Assembly: GCF_016432865.1 (NCBI RefSeq)
Contig: NC_067398.1
Coordinates: 318,804,001-318,868,000 of the forward strand
Direction: 5' to 3'
From: Antechinus flavipes
Lineage: Eukaryota
Length of the DNA: 64,000 nt
Both the position numbers and the translations under genes were made by a program. The notes beneath the pieces are model-generated. The model was not told the DNA's origin and ran no database searches. It saw nothing but the letters and a program-made list of their open reading frames with translations. Shown one piece after another: positions 35,476 to 48,545 of the stretch; positions within the stretch are counted from its first letter, which is position 1; each line of letters begins with the position of its first letter.

Positions 35476-35669
35476 CTCTGGATTCTTTTCAATCTAAGTC
35501 CAATGCTCTGCCTCTAAAAAAGTGATGCTTGAAGTACCCGAGCATCCTAGACCACAATCTTCAGAAAAATTGACCAATGTATATATTTAGTAGAGCATAG
35601 GTTTGATTTTTCTGGAAGCTGGGTCCAGTGGTTGCTTAGCTATTTCTTTGAATACCAAGGAAGTAATGA

Positions 35670-35855
35670 CAGGGGCAGAGAATAGCATGGGATTTGGATT
35701 CAGAAGGACTGGATTTGAATCTTGAAGCTGTTTCTAACTAGCCATATGTCTTTGCCAAATCAGAACTTTACTAAACCTTAGACTTCTTCATCTGTAAATA
35801 GAGAGGGGTATATTCAAAGACACCTAATGTCCTTCCAGTTTTAAATCCTATGACC
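35670..35855 (+). mobile_element. MIR3-type CORE-SINE
   Basis: ggattcagaaggactggatttgaatc...cttcttcatctgtaaatagagagggg...ccttccagttttaaatcctatga. Confidence 0.7.
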
Positions 35856-36799
35856 CTCTAATGTAACATAAATGGAAGCAAAAAGACCAGCTATTGCTGA
35901 AATTCATAAGCTAAATACCAAAAACTGAGTAGCTCAATCCATGCAAAGTACTGACTTAGTGTCTAATCCCTTTGTCATCTGGCCTTTTATGGCTTTTAAT
36001 TCTATTAGCCATAGCTTCCATACATCCATATTACAAAAGATGTATCTCACTCCTGTCATTTTTCCAGTTCCTGCCGCCATCACTTTATATAAGAAGAGAT
36101 GAAAGCTTGACATATTACTTTCCTATTTTAATAGTATCAAACTTTTTGATCATGCACTCTTATCTGGAAAACATTTAAAAGTATATACCCCTAATATCTA
36201 TGTATCTATCTATCAATACAATACATATAATATATCTATGCTACTATGCTAATAATTATATATATTATAAAATACATAAATATAAATTATATACAATGAA
36301 TTATATTCCTATAACAGTTCTAAAATTCTATACTCTCTATGGAGATATTTAATAGTTCTACTAATCAGAATAATAATTTTCTACTAAACCCCTTTTCCAA
36401 AGCTTCATCATTTTGGACCTATGTTCTAAGAAGCTGTCAGCAGAATATAAGCTCTCATGGATCAATATGAAAATTCAATTCAATTCAACATAACAACAAA
36501 GTTAAATGTCTACTACTTGAAGCATTGTGCTAGGTACTGAAGAGGCAAAGGGAAAAAAAAAAAAAAAGATAAAATGGCTCTCAAGAAGCTTACATTTTAA
36601 TGAGTAAGAAAGAGAGCTTAGTATGGTCCCAGAAATTTGCCACATCTTTACTATGAGAACTAATTATGCTAATTAATTAATAGCTGATTATGGAAAGGCT
36701 GATAATCAGAGGATTCACCATAAGATGATGGGTTTTTTCCAGCCATAATAAATGGAGACCTCTACTTTACATTTAACACTATCAAAGAATGCCTCATCA

Positions 36800-37450
36800 T
36801 GAGTATATTCATGGTCTCACCCCTTTGCATCTGGACTATTGAAATATCCTTTTGATTTGTCTTCTTGTCTGTTTCTTCCCATTCCAATCCATTTACCACT
36901 CAGAAGCCAAAGTGATTTTCCCAAAGCACAAATCTGACCATGTTACTCCCTTCTACAATAAACTTCAATGGTTTCCATTACCTTTAGGATCAAATACAAA
37001 ATCTTCTATTTAGTGTTTGAAGCCTTTCACAACTCTTCTGTCCCCTTCTAATCTTTTTTATCTTGTTAAACTCTATTTAATAATGTGGACTGCTATCCAG
37101 AGACCCTGCGGCCACCTTGCTGTTCCTTGCCTAAATTAGTCTAGAGCCTAATCTGTCTCCAATGCTTGTCTCCCATGCTTGCCTTGGCATCCTTACTTCT
37201 TCCTTGAAGACTTAGTTCAAAACCCTTTTTACATAAGAGATTATTTTTGAATCACTCTCCCTCATCCCACATTTCTCTCTATGATTACCTCCAAATTACT
37301 CTGTATATATTTTAATTTGTACATTTGCTTTCATGCTGTCTCTCCCATTCACATGTGAGTTCTTGAGATGACAGACTATGTTTTTTGCCTTTTTATTTTG
37401 TATTTCTAGCATTTAATACAGTGTCCAACACTTAGTAGGTCCTTAATAAA
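36800..37450 (+). mobile_element. L2 3' region
   Basis: gccaaagtgattttcccaaagcacaaatctgaccatgttactccc...ggatcaaatacaaaatc...tgtgagttcttgagatgac...cacttagtaggtccttaataaatg. Confidence 0.8.
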
Positions 37451-38639
37451 TGTATATTCACTTGTTTTTGATATGCCAGATTATGACATTTGCTCTTGAA
37501 AGAGAAATTCTTTTTTGGCCATGGCTACTTGAGATTGTATCACATTTCACAGGGTGATGTGGGGATAGACATTGATGTTCAAATATCAGATAACAATCTT
37601 GAATCATTAGAAATGCAACAAGGGCTTAGAAACAAGTGATGGGTGCATTAGGGGAAGGGATAGAGAATAGTGTGAAACTGGATGATTTGTTGCTTTAGGC
37701 ACTTAAGGGACTTAGTTGCTACAGGTACAGTATTTGCATCCCTAGTTTAGCCTAAAGCTGTAGCACTTGCTTCTGAACATTTCCACAAGGCATTGCCATT
37801 TTAGTTATTTGTATTGCAATTGATTTTATTTTTCCTTGCTGAACAGACGGATGCACAGCACAAAAACAAAATATGCCCCCTTATTGCTGCCTTTTCAGCT
37901 TGGGGGGTGTGTGTGATTTTTTTTCCCAGTTAAATCCTATAAAGGGAAACTTAGAATCCTCTTCTGCCAAGACTATTCAGTACATGTCAGCTGTGCTATT
38001 TTTCTTTTCTTTTTTTAAAGGCGCTTTTTAAAAAAATAGCAAATGTCTTTCTTTTTTTCACAACTTTAAAATCTAAGGTTTATCCATAGCAATTTCCTTT
38101 GCTTTGGTATGAAGACTGAAAATACACCACGAGCAAGGCATTTCATCAAAAGTAAAACATTGCCAGTTATTTCCCGTGTTTCCAGCTCCTTAGGAGGTCC
38201 AGGCCATTGCACCACTCTGAAGCTACTCGTGTTATGAAGAGCAAAATGAAAGAAAACAGAAATTAAACAATAAGACTGCTTCAGTGCTGATCAATTGCCT
38301 GACTATCCCAAGGACCTCAAGATTCCCTTTAGAAAAATAACTTTAATTTAATTGCAGCTTATATGATTTCTTGCTCCTGGGTTTTCCTTTTGCCTTTTAT
38401 TTAAGAAATTGATTCCCAATTTCAAATCATTTTTTGGGGGGGAAGAAAAGAGTCTGTTTATTTTTTTTTAATGAAAGAAAGAAGAAACAAACAACAACCA
38501 TAAACTAACTTCACAAATGTCCCACTTGCTTCAGAGGCCAAGAAAATTGTTTAATCCTATTTCAAGATTCCAAAGAGGCATTGTGCTACAGTGTCTTCTG
38601 TTTCTCACATATGGTCTTCCATCATTCATTTTTGGACCT

Positions 38640-38990
38640 TTATGTATGCTGGTTGTTCCACATACACAGAATACAATCCCTTTTTACCTCCACTTAAATG
38701 AATACCTGTCTTCCTTTAAGTCTTTAGCACCATGTTCTGAACCAAATCTTTCCTGATCTGTTTCCCCCAAACCCATTTATCCTACTGCTAATTCCCTCCT
38801 TTCCAAGTTATCTTGTATTTAAGTACTTTGCATATATCTGTATTTATTTGATTTATTTTTTGTGTTTATATTTTTACATGTACTTGTCACCTCTCTAATT
38901 AGAATGCAAATAGGGATTATTATTTCATTCTCTGCACTTAGTTCCTGGCCCATGGTTACCATTTTATAAATGCTTGTTAATTGAAAGACA
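38640..38990 (+). mobile_element. L2 3' region
   Basis: cccatacacagaatacaatcccttttt...ctctctaattagaatgcaaa...ataaatgcttgttaattg. Ends approximate. Confidence 0.65.
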
Positions 38991-39579
38991 ACTTCCATTG
39001 CCTTAGTTCTCTTATCTATAAAATGAGGGGATTAGAATAGATGGCCTCCCAGTTTCCCTCCAGCTCTCAATCTGTCATCCTGTGATCCAGCATGAGTCTT
39101 TATAAGTCCATATCTAGCATCTTCTTTAGTAGGAACTTAAAGCTTCCAAGATAATTGTTCCTTACACAGCCTGTGACATCAAAGGTAAGAATCCAACAAG
39201 ATGTGTTAGAGCAATGCCATATCCCATTCTATAAAACATACTGTGCCTCTGTTGCATGAATCTTGGTCATCTGAACAGAAAAATTAAAGGTGTCAGGGGA
39301 GGAGGTTACCTCTCTCCTAGATTATTTATCCCATTCATTTTGCTGCTAGTGCTAAAGATTAATTACTCCCTCCATTTCAATTCTAAGATGTTCTTCTCTT
39401 CCTTCCCTTTCCTTTTCCCATTGCCTATTTCTATCCCAAGTTAAATGATTTTTCTTGGGCAAGAAAAATAAAAGGTGTCCATAATAAAATACCTTTGACA
39501 TTACTGGCTAGTTTGCTTTTTCTGTAAACATCGGGAAGAGACTAAAGAAAAAAAGAGTTATTGAAACAGATTGGAACAA

Positions 39580-39815
39580 TTATTGTTGCTGTTAATGGTG
39601 TTCGTTAAGGAGGGTCAATGACATCAAGAGTGTGATGAATTGGGTTTGAGTGAGACAGATCTGAGCAAAAATCCAAAGTCTCACTTCTCCAGAGTCTTCA
39701 AAGTCCAGCAGCAAAGCAAAGATCAAGATGACTGGTAATGGTTCAGGGTGAGTGAACTCCACCTTTCTAAATCAACATCTTTCCCAAGTCTGTTTGTCTA
39801 AGGCCAGTCCAAAGT
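39580..39815 (-). mobile_element. Marsupial RTE-associated SINE/LINE fragment (family name uncertain)
   Basis: ttgttgctg...ggagggtcaatgacatcaagag...ctcacttctccagagtcttcaaagtccag...gatcaagatgactggtaatgg matches a common marsupial interspersed repeat with an RTE-like tail. Confidence 0.6.
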
Positions 39816-40884
39816 GGCCCAATTTGCTATCCCAAAGATATTAAATTGGAAGGGGAAGACTCACAATTTTTGGCTAGAACAAAAAATAATTGCTATTTTT
39901 CCTCATTCTTAGCTATTAAAACCTAAATAATATGGTGCAGAGGCTTGGTTGGGCCTATTATTAATCATTCAATGAAAGTCAGAATGATTAGATTGGGATA
40001 ATTACTGAGAGAGATATGGCCCAAAGAACATGGATCAGTTTAATGCTTGCTTGGAGGGTTAATATAATTAAGGGTTAATTCCTGGATTCAAGGTATATTT
40101 ACATTTGGAAATATGCCATGTCATGGCCCTATTATTTTATTTTACAATCTCTACCTCCTACTCCAGTCTGAAGGGCTTTGTAAAGTGATGCAATCATAAA
40201 AGTTGTGAGGGTCAAATGAGCTAACATATGTAAAGCTCTTTGTAAGCCTTAAAGTGTTATATAAATGTTAGTTATTATTGATGCTATTTATTTTTTATTG
40301 CTATTGTTTATAGAGATCCAGAATCCAGATACAACTAAGGCAAAAGTAACCTGTTTTTCAGGATCTTTGGGAAGGGAAGGAAAACATTTTTTTATTGGGT
40401 CACCTGCTGTTCTTTCATTTAGTGTTTTTCTTTTAAAAGTAAAAGGTAGTTTTGCTCTATTTTCTTTCTTTTGGAGAACCAGACCAATAAATAACCAAAT
40501 TATCAAGTTATGCTATATTAGGCAACAAATAATGATTGCATTAATAACTCTTTTAGTCAGGTTAGAATTAACTAAATAATAAGAGGAATATATTAGCTCA
40601 CTTTTTTATTGCAGCAATGACTACTTCTTCATCTTTTTTTTTAACTCCCCTGAAAGACTCTAAGTATCCCATTTTCATTACATTTCACCTCTTCCCCCAA
40701 AATGTTTAAAGCCTAAAGCGTGTCACCCTTTTGGCATCACAATATGTGACAGATACTTGGAGGAAAGGAGCAGGTGCAAAAATGATGGAGGGTTAACTCA
40801 CACTGGCCACAAAGCTCAGGATTTGCTGCCACTATTGCTAAATAATCATACTAAGTAGCATAGTTCTGCTTTCAAAACTCCTCC

Positions 40885-41165
40885 TGGAATTGCCTTAGAG
40901 CATGGTTAGGATTCGTGACTTCTCTTTAAATTCACTTTTCAGGGAGATATTGGGAATGGAGATTTCTGGACCTGTGATTTTATCAAAGTAGGGCACATGG
41001 GTAAGGGGACTCTACCGACTGAGACCAATAACTGATCTGTGACTTGTACTTCTAGAAGGTTACCTAAGGGGAAGTAAAATCACTTGCTCATAATCACATA
41101 GCAAATAGATATCAAAAGAAGTCCTAAATCTAGATTTTTCTCGCTTCAAGGCCAGCACACTGTAC
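40885..41165 (-). mobile_element. Marsupial CORE-SINE (same tail family as 15787-15990, about 50010-50200 and about 56880-57030)
   Basis: ctggacctgtgattttatcaaagtagggcac...cttgtacttctagaaggttacctaagggg...atcacttgctcataatcacatagc. Confidence 0.6.
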
Positions 41166-41407
41166 TACTTCTTTGTATTAATGACTTTTATCACTTGGCA
41201 GTATACATTTTGAAATGTTCACCAAAATAACTGTCACACATAATTCTGGAACATAGGTTTCCATGACCAAAGAATTTCTCATCTAATAAGCAATCTGCTG
41301 GTGATCAAAGCCTCCCCATAGTTAAGTTTCTTTTTGGACAGAAGAGATATATTATCATAGATACAGAGTGAAAAGGTGCCAGATTTAATCTAACTTCTTC
41401 ATTCACA

Positions 41408-41570
41408 ACTATCTATCTATCTATCTATTTATCTATCAGCCTAGGCATTTATCTATCTTGAAGTCTAGGCATTTATTTATTTATTTGTTTATCTATCTAT
41501 ATATTTATTTATTTTGAAGCTTAGATATCTTTTTATTCATTCATTTATTTATTTTGAAGTCTAGGCATTT
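41408..41570. repeat. Compound (TATC/TATT)n microsatellite with a repeated 17-bp unique spacer
   Basis: ttgaagtctaggcattt at 41458-41474 and 41554-41570, with degenerate copies at 41437-41450 and 41514-41529. Confidence 0.85.
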
Positions 41571-43769
41571 AAATGACTTGTTTGAGATTGTACAGAAAGT
41601 AATCATTGGGATTTCACCTCAGGTCCTCTGACTCCAGAGCCTAGTACTCTGCTATTTATCTGTAGGACCTACTTGAAGCCTTTTCAACTTAGTAGAATTG
41701 ATGAGAAGACATCTTTGGGGGCTTTTTGTCATCTCCACTCCATGATGACACACTGAGTAGGGCTTTGTGTAGGACAAGAATCACATCTTCACCAATGGAG
41801 GGACTCTTTTCAAATAATTAACAGATAGGTCATTAGAGCTTGGCAGGCCTCTGAAATTTGTTGTCTACTGTGGACTTGTTTATTTGAGGCCCCAAGGTAC
41901 ATGAGATAAAGGTGATTGAAGAAATTTATCCTTTTCCTGTAGGAGTGGGAAGAATTGAAATAGCCTGAAAGTTGAGAATTTTATAAGTAGGTTGAGGGGG
42001 AGATGGGGGGGGGGAATCCTAAGGGAAGTTTGAATGTCTCTGCATGAGAACCAGCTCCTTCAAGGGGAGAAGGCTAAGTATGGATGCCTGGTCCTGCCAC
42101 ACTGGCTTCCTCTCGTTAAAGAAGCAAACTGGTTCCTCCTTACATCCTCCCCTGAATCCACAGACTTCTTGTCTCTAAAAACTTCTCCACTCTTTCAAAG
42201 GAAAGGGGCCATTCCATCACAATCTGAGGAGGGCTAGGAACACAAAGAAACAATCGTTAGGGAATTTCTGTCCCCAGCGACATTAGTCTCTAATAAGTTA
42301 TAAAAGTATTGCCATTTGATTCTGGAGCTGGAATCTTAGCCAAGTACCTACTCTATTTCATTCTTGCTTAAGTTGTCCTGAAAAGAATCTATATTATTTG
42401 AAGTCTACTTTTAGGATAACTGAGATCTCACACAAGTATTATTATGTTTTCTTGCAGCAACTGAGAAAAGTTCTCCAGGTAAAGAAGAGGTAGGTAAACC
42501 TCCTACTTCTATACAATTGTGTAAAATGATCAGGGGGCCTCAGGAACTCAAGGCTAGCAGCTCAGGAAGAAACTTCAAACCTTAAGAAAGCTGCCAGTGT
42601 TTACATTACTATCCCAGCCTGGTGACCCCAAATAACCCTTTGTATAAAAGTTGACAGAGGCTATTACAAAAAGGATTATATTGCACTTCAGCATATATAC
42701 ACATCCTAATTGGGATGGGGTGAAATAATGACCTAGAGACATAGAATTGTTTCTCTATGCTCCGTTTCCAATTACCACAATGTAGAGTGGGTATAATCAC
42801 TTTGTTAACATCAAGTCTATTAGGAGTATACTTTCAGCCTGTATCCTGAGATACATAAATTATTATAGGGGCCAACACACTGAGGTGGGAAACAGGTCCA
42901 CCGTACTTTCATCCTGGCTGATGTGTCTCTGCCTGTGTATACTGGCCTATTTTATGAATACAACAGTAAGATAAAGCAGACGACATCTCACATATAATCC
43001 TGGTTGTAGATCACAGCTGAATAAACTGCTCCTGGAGTTTTAAGGGTCAGCGCAGTGTATACAGAGAGCAGCAGTGACCTATGGAGTAGTCTCAAGACAT
43101 AATAAATACAGCCTTCATGCTTTTTTTCTTTCCTTCCGCTGATTCAGGTATTTTCAAACACTGTGGGGCTCCTCCATGGGTGCAATAATTCAAATTCAGC
43201 AGACCATTGTATCAGAGCAAAGTTTCTCACCAGGCTTTTAATTTTGGCCAAACAGAACAGGGCAAATTCTAAAAATGTCCTAGCGTGTCTGGTGTCTCTT
43301 TTAAAAATACACTTGTATATGTCTCATTTTCTTTTTTTTTCTTTTCCCCTGTTTCTCTCTCTCAATTATTGTATTCAATAACTATTTATTGAATGAATTG
43401 TATCTTTAAAAAATGAACAAATCCAAATTATACACTTAAGACTGAAACAACTTAAGACTGCTAACATTAAGATGCTTCCTAACATGGTGCTTCAAATTTT
43501 TTTTTTTTTTTCTTTTAGGACCTGAAAACATGTGGCTTGGAAAAATAAAAGAAGAAAAAAATAGATAGTTCATGAGTTCTCTTATGACTAGCACTTAACA
43601 AATGATTTGAGGAGTTGGATGTCAGATAGTATAAAAATCAAACTAAGCACCAGTTCCTTGAGAGCAAAGCCTGTACTGTTTTTGTATTTCTTATTAGAGT
43701 TTCTAGTAAGTAATAATAATAACGTTGTAATAGGAAGTCATAGTAAGTACTTTGCAGGGTACAAAGGAA

Positions 43770-44215
43770 AGAACATGGCCCCTGGAGTCTAGAGGATTTT
43801 GGTTCAAATATTTTGTCTAACACTTATTGCACAAATAACCTCAGGCCTAATCACTCAACAAGAGGAAGTGAAGGAAACAAGCATCAGGCTCTGTACTAAG
43901 CACTTTACAAATATTGTCTCATTTAATCCTTTTACCATCTAGCTATTATTATCTCCATTTTGTATTTGAGGAAATTGATGTAAACCAAGGTTAAATTAAT
44001 CCTTGTTTGCCCAGGATTACACAATTAGGATCTCAGGCTGAATTTGAATTCAGGTTTTCCTGATTTTAGGGGTTGCGCTCTCCACACTGTGTCAGTTAAC
44101 TGTCTCTAACTGTCTCCATCTCCCTGGACTTCAGTTTCTTTATCTGTAAAAATGAGGAGATTGAACTCAAGGGTCTCTAAGATTCCAGCTCTCTATTTAT
44201 GATCCTAACATCTAT
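43770..44215. mobile_element. Nested CORE-SINEs: sense MIR3-type element interrupted by an antisense MIR
   Basis: Sense head ggcccctggagtctagagg and tail ttcagtttctttatctgtaaaaatgaggagattgaac flank antisense gcactttacaaatattgtctcatttaatcc...gaatttgaattcagg. Confidence 0.6.
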
Positions 44216-45619
44216 TAGATTTGACTGTGGGCCTCAATATTGTAAAAATATCATGCTTAACTTTTCTCCCATTCACATTCAGAAGGGCACTCATTCTTTA
44301 TCTTCCCCTAGTGAAGAAAATCTTGCTTCCTTTAAGTGAAGTTTTCTATAATATTCTATTCACTTAAATGAGATAGCTTTGGATCACGAGGGAAGATATT
44401 CCCTGGGTTTTAGAACTCAGACTAGATTTTTTTTTTGGTGGGTAGTGATTCAGGTATTGTTATAGAGTAGTAGTAGTTGTTGTTTCCCCCCCATACTCCC
44501 TAAAGAATAACAACAAGCTGCTTAGCTTCTTTGTTCTCCATTCATCCAAGTCCTCTCAGCGCCAGTTAGAATTCTAGCCAAAGTAGGCTGGTCCCAGACT
44601 CATCCAGATCCATCTCTGTGACATATGTACACAGAGACATATCGAGCAGAGGAATCAGGACCAGGTTCTTCCCGCTAGGAGAAAAGGCCCATCAGATTTT
44701 GTTATGCTGCTAGCTTGCCTTCCATTCTAAAATCTGAGAATTGGACCACTTTTCTGGTCAACTTATGATTTGTTAATAGATGCACACTTCCTACTCCGGG
44801 GCAGAAAAAGAGGAAAAGGTCTATGAATTAAAGGTTGTTCAACAAACAAATGAGGATTGTAAATCGAGTCAGCCTTTCCAATCCCCATTGTGGACCTTTT
44901 ACTGGAGTTTGCTGGTCTAAAGAGAGAAGCTTGACAAAAGACCCCCTGTCACTTATCAGAGTCTACTGTACCAAATACAGTATTCCCAGACATATGTAAG
45001 AGGTATGGACAGGAGTCCAGAAAACAAAACACAAATCCCTTCCTCATAACCTACTATAATTTAATCCAGATGGTCAAGTTTATGTGTTTTCTTTAAAACG
45101 CAAACTGTCTCCAGTGAATTCATTAGAACCACATTGGAGCTTTCCTGCCTAGTAGTTAAAAATTTAGTCCTGCCAAGTGCTATCCTTCCAAAAAGGGAAG
45201 TGATCAGATGTTTAACATTATTTAAGATTCAGTCCCTGACATTTGGGTAAAGCAACCAAACAGCATAAAATAAAATCCAGATCAACAGGGTCACAAGTTA
45301 GTGCATTACTGGAAATGCTTCATGCTAGGCAGAAAGTTAATTTTATTGGCAAGACAAGTAGACTTGAGAAATAGACCCATTAACAGGAGAAAATGAAGAT
45401 GGGTGCAGAGCTGAAAGAATGTGTTGATTACTAACCTTTTCTGTTTGATGACCTGTATGGAAGGGGAAGGAAAAGGAATGAAAACCTAGTGAACCTTTGC
45501 TGGGAGGCTTGGATATGTCAATTTTTGTTCCTTTCTGTAGTGACATTTTTTGATGCATTTAAACAAACAAACCAAAAAGTGAGGGATACCTGGCCTGTTT
45601 GAAAATAAATTCAATGCTC

Positions 45620-46980
45620 CCCAACAGCTAGTCATGTCTCAATTCTTCCCTACTACCTGTTGCTCCAGCCTAGCAAAGTTGTTTATTCATTCACTCACTA
45701 ACAGATTCTTCTATTCATTCACTGATTTATTTTCATCCTTTTTGTGTGTAATTCTATTGAATCTCCTGATTTTGAACCTTATTTCACGACTACCCTCTCT
45801 ACTTACAACAATCCACTCTATAGCCACCAAAATCTCTCTCTTTTCCTTTAAGGCTTGTTCAGTCTAACTGCCCACAAATCCTTGCTCCCCTGAGAGAACT
45901 GAACTACCAGACTCCTAGAGAGAATTGTTTATGTTTGCTGCCTTTCCTTCTCCTGTCACAGTTTTCACCTTCTTTTCTTGTTTACCTATTCCTTCTCAAT
46001 CTCTTTTACTGGGTCATTGGCCATCTTCTAATCCCTTAATTTAGAGGTCCACAAGTGATTGTTATTATTTAAGGAGACCAAGTCTCTGTACCAAGAAACC
46101 ACTATTTGGGGAGGGGGCATAACATTCTTGAAAGTGTGCAAATGCTTCCCTTCCTTGGGGAATGACTTCTACATGCCTCAGATTGGAGACTATGTCACCA
46201 TCTCCAGGGATCTATCTCCATGAGATCCTCTCCTTGCACCTTTTCCTGGCCCAACTGTATCATTTTAACTCTCTAAATGCTCCCCTCTGCTTCCTTAATT
46301 TACCCCAGCTACAAGAATTCTCGATTTTGACTGTCACCACCACCATCACAACCCTAATTATTCAGTGTAGTTCTAATTTCTGTTCTTGGTCATTTTATTG
46401 TTCTCTGATCCCCAAATCTATATGTCATCCAGCTGGATGGCACAGTGAATGAAGTTTTGGATCTGTAATCAGTAAGACCTGAGTTCAGTCCTGTTTTCTA
46501 CATGTTAACTGTGTGATCTTGAGTAAGTCTCAATCCTCATCTGTAAAATGATAATAAATAAATCTGGAGTATCAATAGCACTGAAGTCTTGTCACTTCAA
46601 AAGTGCTCAAACACTTCCAATGGTTTCCCATTCCCCCCAGGGCAAAATATAAACTCTTCAACCTACGATCTTAGTTTAGATCCTTTTTTCACTAGTTCCC
46701 ACTTAACTTTTTACCTTCTTTCATGCTACTTTGCATAACACTACATTCCAGCCAAACTGGACTAATATCCTCAAACTTGAAAGTCGAGTTCCCATATCTA
46801 TACCATTGAACATGTCTGGGATGCCTTTCCTCCTTATCTCTTGGTCTCAGAATCATTGAGTTCTTTTCAAGATTCAAGTGAGATTCCATTTCCATCATGA
46901 AGTCTTTCCTTATTCCCCTAGTTAGTACTTTTTTCCCTCCCTAAACTTAATTTATATTATCATTATATATAAAGATAGTA
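45620..46980 (+). mobile_element. Fragmented L2 with an inserted MIR (about 46420-46560)
   Basis: ccatcacaaccctaattattcag, gggcaaaatataaactcttc and ctacattccagccaaactggac are L2 3' motifs. Ends approximate. Confidence 0.6.
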
Positions 46981-46999
46981 TCCTCCAGGAGAATAATAA

Positions 47000-47210
47000 T
47001 CACTGACATTTATTTAGCATTTTAAGGTTTACAAGCACTTTCTATAAATTATCTGATTTGAGCCTTGCAATAATCCTGTTAAGTAGGTACTTTGGAAATT
47101 ATTATTCCCATTTTATAGATAAGGAACTAGGTCAGAGAAGCTGAGTGATTGACTTAGCATCACATAGTCAGTAATTAGAGGCAGGATTCAAACCCAGATC
47201 AGAATGACTA
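47000..47210 (-). mobile_element. MIR
   Basis: gcattttaaggtttacaagcac...ttattccccattttatagataaggaactagg-like core and ggcaggattcaaaccc. Confidence 0.75.
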
Positions 47211-47953
47211 TATATCTACCATATACACTTAGATATTCAGTAAATGTCTGCTGAATTTAATTCAAGCTGTCCCTACCTGTTTCCATGCTTCAGGAGAGAA
47301 AACAATTTTAGCCTACTAAAGAAGTATTTTATTCTCCCATTTCCCCAAGTCTCCTGTAGATAACAAACTCTGTAAGGACAATAAAATGTAACAAGCATTA
47401 ATTAAGTGCCTCCTAGTATCAGGCCCAGTGCTAAGCCGAAAGAGTAAAAAGAAAGTAAAAACGGAACAGTTTTTGCCTTCAAGAAACATACATTCTATTG
47501 GATTGACAGGGACCACAATTTCTCTCTGTTTATATCAAATATCTGTTACAGTACCATGTACCTTATAGGCTTTCAATAAATGTTAAATCAACTTGCCATC
47601 AAGTACATTTAATAGCACAAAAATTCTAGTGGGTCAAAAATTCTCTTTTTGGTTCATAGTGTTATTGTTGTTGTTTTCAAATATATATTCAACCAACCAG
47701 TTCTGCGTTGTTGGATGCCTCCGAAAATTGTTCTCAGCTTGCTAAACAAGAGTACCACATGGTTACGGGGTTGTATTGTAACCATGCCCCAGGTTTACAA
47801 ATGGTTGGTTTCTTTTCAATCCCTCCTTTTTTTCCTTTTCTTTCCCTTTTCTCTCCCCCCACTTTTTTTTTTTTTTGTTGAAACAAAGCATTCTTGTGAA
47901 GCCCAAACACTTAGAAAAGGATCAATAATAGTGAAGTGCTGTCTTTTTTTCAG

Positions 47954-48023
47954 CTGAGCAAAGCTGGACAAATGCAACTCCAGAAGACTTGCCTCACACC
48001 CTAATTGAGGAAAGTGTCAACAA
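47954..48023 (+). other. Candidate internal exon (70 nt), host gene unidentified
   Basis: Acceptor tgctgtctttttttcag and donor AA/gtaaga. Exactly one frame is open: (A)EQSWTNATPEDLPHTLIEESVN(K/N). I do not recognise the peptide, so this could be a chance splice-site pair. Confidence 0.25.
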
Positions 48024-48545
48024 GTAAGAGTTGAATAAAGGTTATACATGCTCTCTGCCAGGGGATGGCATTGGACACACCAGCATGAACGCTGCCTTTC
48101 CAGCTTCAGGCTTTCTGTTCTCACTATAGCTTAATGGTTCACAGCCCTTTTATGAGACAGCTGTGTAACAATGAGCCTTTATGACAAGCTGACTCTTTTT
48201 TTCCCCCTTTTAAATCTCAAACTGTACTATATAAAACATTCTGTCTCCTATCGTTCTATCAACAAGCCCTGAATAGCCAAGGCAAGTGCTCCTAGAGCAC
48301 TGGTTTATTTCCTAGGATTTTTTTTTTTTTTCACAATAAAAGAATAAAGGAGAAAGACAGTTCAGTGTGTGAAAGATGGCCTTTGTGTGAGGTCCTTGGC
48401 CAGATAATCTCATTCCAAAGATCTAGGTGACTGGAATTTCCCTTCCTCCCATCCTCTCCCCCACCCCCCCACTTCTCATACAAATCCTTAAGCATTAACT
48501 CAGGCGGAAAATGAGTCTACTCTACATTTATCTTACTGAATGGCA

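Noticed and set aside
41408-41570. Repeat-spacer pattern as a CRISPR-like array
   Set aside because: The context is eukaryotic, the 'spacers' are microsatellite, the spacing is irregular, and there are no cas genes.
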